From the sequence record SRR20825019_500: a stretch of 38,785 nt of DNA; one strand, 5' to 3'. Each line of letters begins with the position of its first letter. The stretch's first letter is position 1. Below are positions 38,726-38,785 of the stretch, in pieces. Under the pieces are notes generated by a model, which was given only the letters and a program-made list of their open reading frames with translations, did no database searches and was not told the DNA's origin. The position numbers and the translations under genes are program-made.

Positions 38726-38785
38726 ACGCGCACAGGGACTTGCGCGTCCACCGGTGAAGACAAGGTGGATGGGCACGTCCCTGTG
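38726..38785. repeat. REP-like inverted doublet (second copy truncated by the window edge)
   Basis: Minus copy GGTGGA-CGCGCA-AGTCCCTG-TGCGCG; plus copy GGTGGA-TGGGCA-CGTCCCTG-TG... The 22-nt arms (38731-38752 and 38764-38785) match at 19 of 22 positions. Confidence 0.6.

Noticed and set aside
38731-38785. CAGGGACT...GTCCCTG as a DosR-type box, CRISPR repeat or cobalamin riboswitch upstream of tonB
   Set aside because: The half-sites are too far apart for a box, the copies are inverted rather than direct, and no B12-box is visible. A REP-like structure fits better.

Overview
Gene-dense bacterial chromosome segment with about 31 CDSs. I recognised no rRNA, tRNA, CRISPR array or transposase. 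The gene content suggests Verrucomicrobiota (Opitutales-like), which is an inference only. The housekeeping backbone is cvfB (partial), menB, kup, a GNAT gene, menD-menF-metG, rdgB-ribD-MBL hydrolase, leuB, alaS, ispH, a GreA-like factor and a TonB gene. Accessory modules: (1) a membrane HisKA_3 kinase and a DosR/DevR-like NarL regulator, followed directly by an 18-bp palindrome carrying all DosR-box signature bases and then a three-gene type IV minor-pilin cassette (PilV/PilW/giant PilX-like); (2) a beta-propeller hybrid sensor kinase divergent from a TolC-MFP-ABC-permease operon plus a lipoprotein; (3) an orphan ParA/MinD-family ATPase upstream of a protein ending in a MinD-type membrane-targeting helix, an Arg-rich coiled-coil protein and an outer-membrane beta-barrel; (4) a HisKA-REC-adenylate cyclase with no kinase catalytic domain. 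Small non-coding structures are a 5x heptamer repeat where the alaS RBS would be, a REP-like doublet at the right edge, an intrinsic terminator and operator-like palindromes. Modules (1) and (3) are the best candidates for undescribed systems. All family assignments come from motifs read by eye; no database searches were run.
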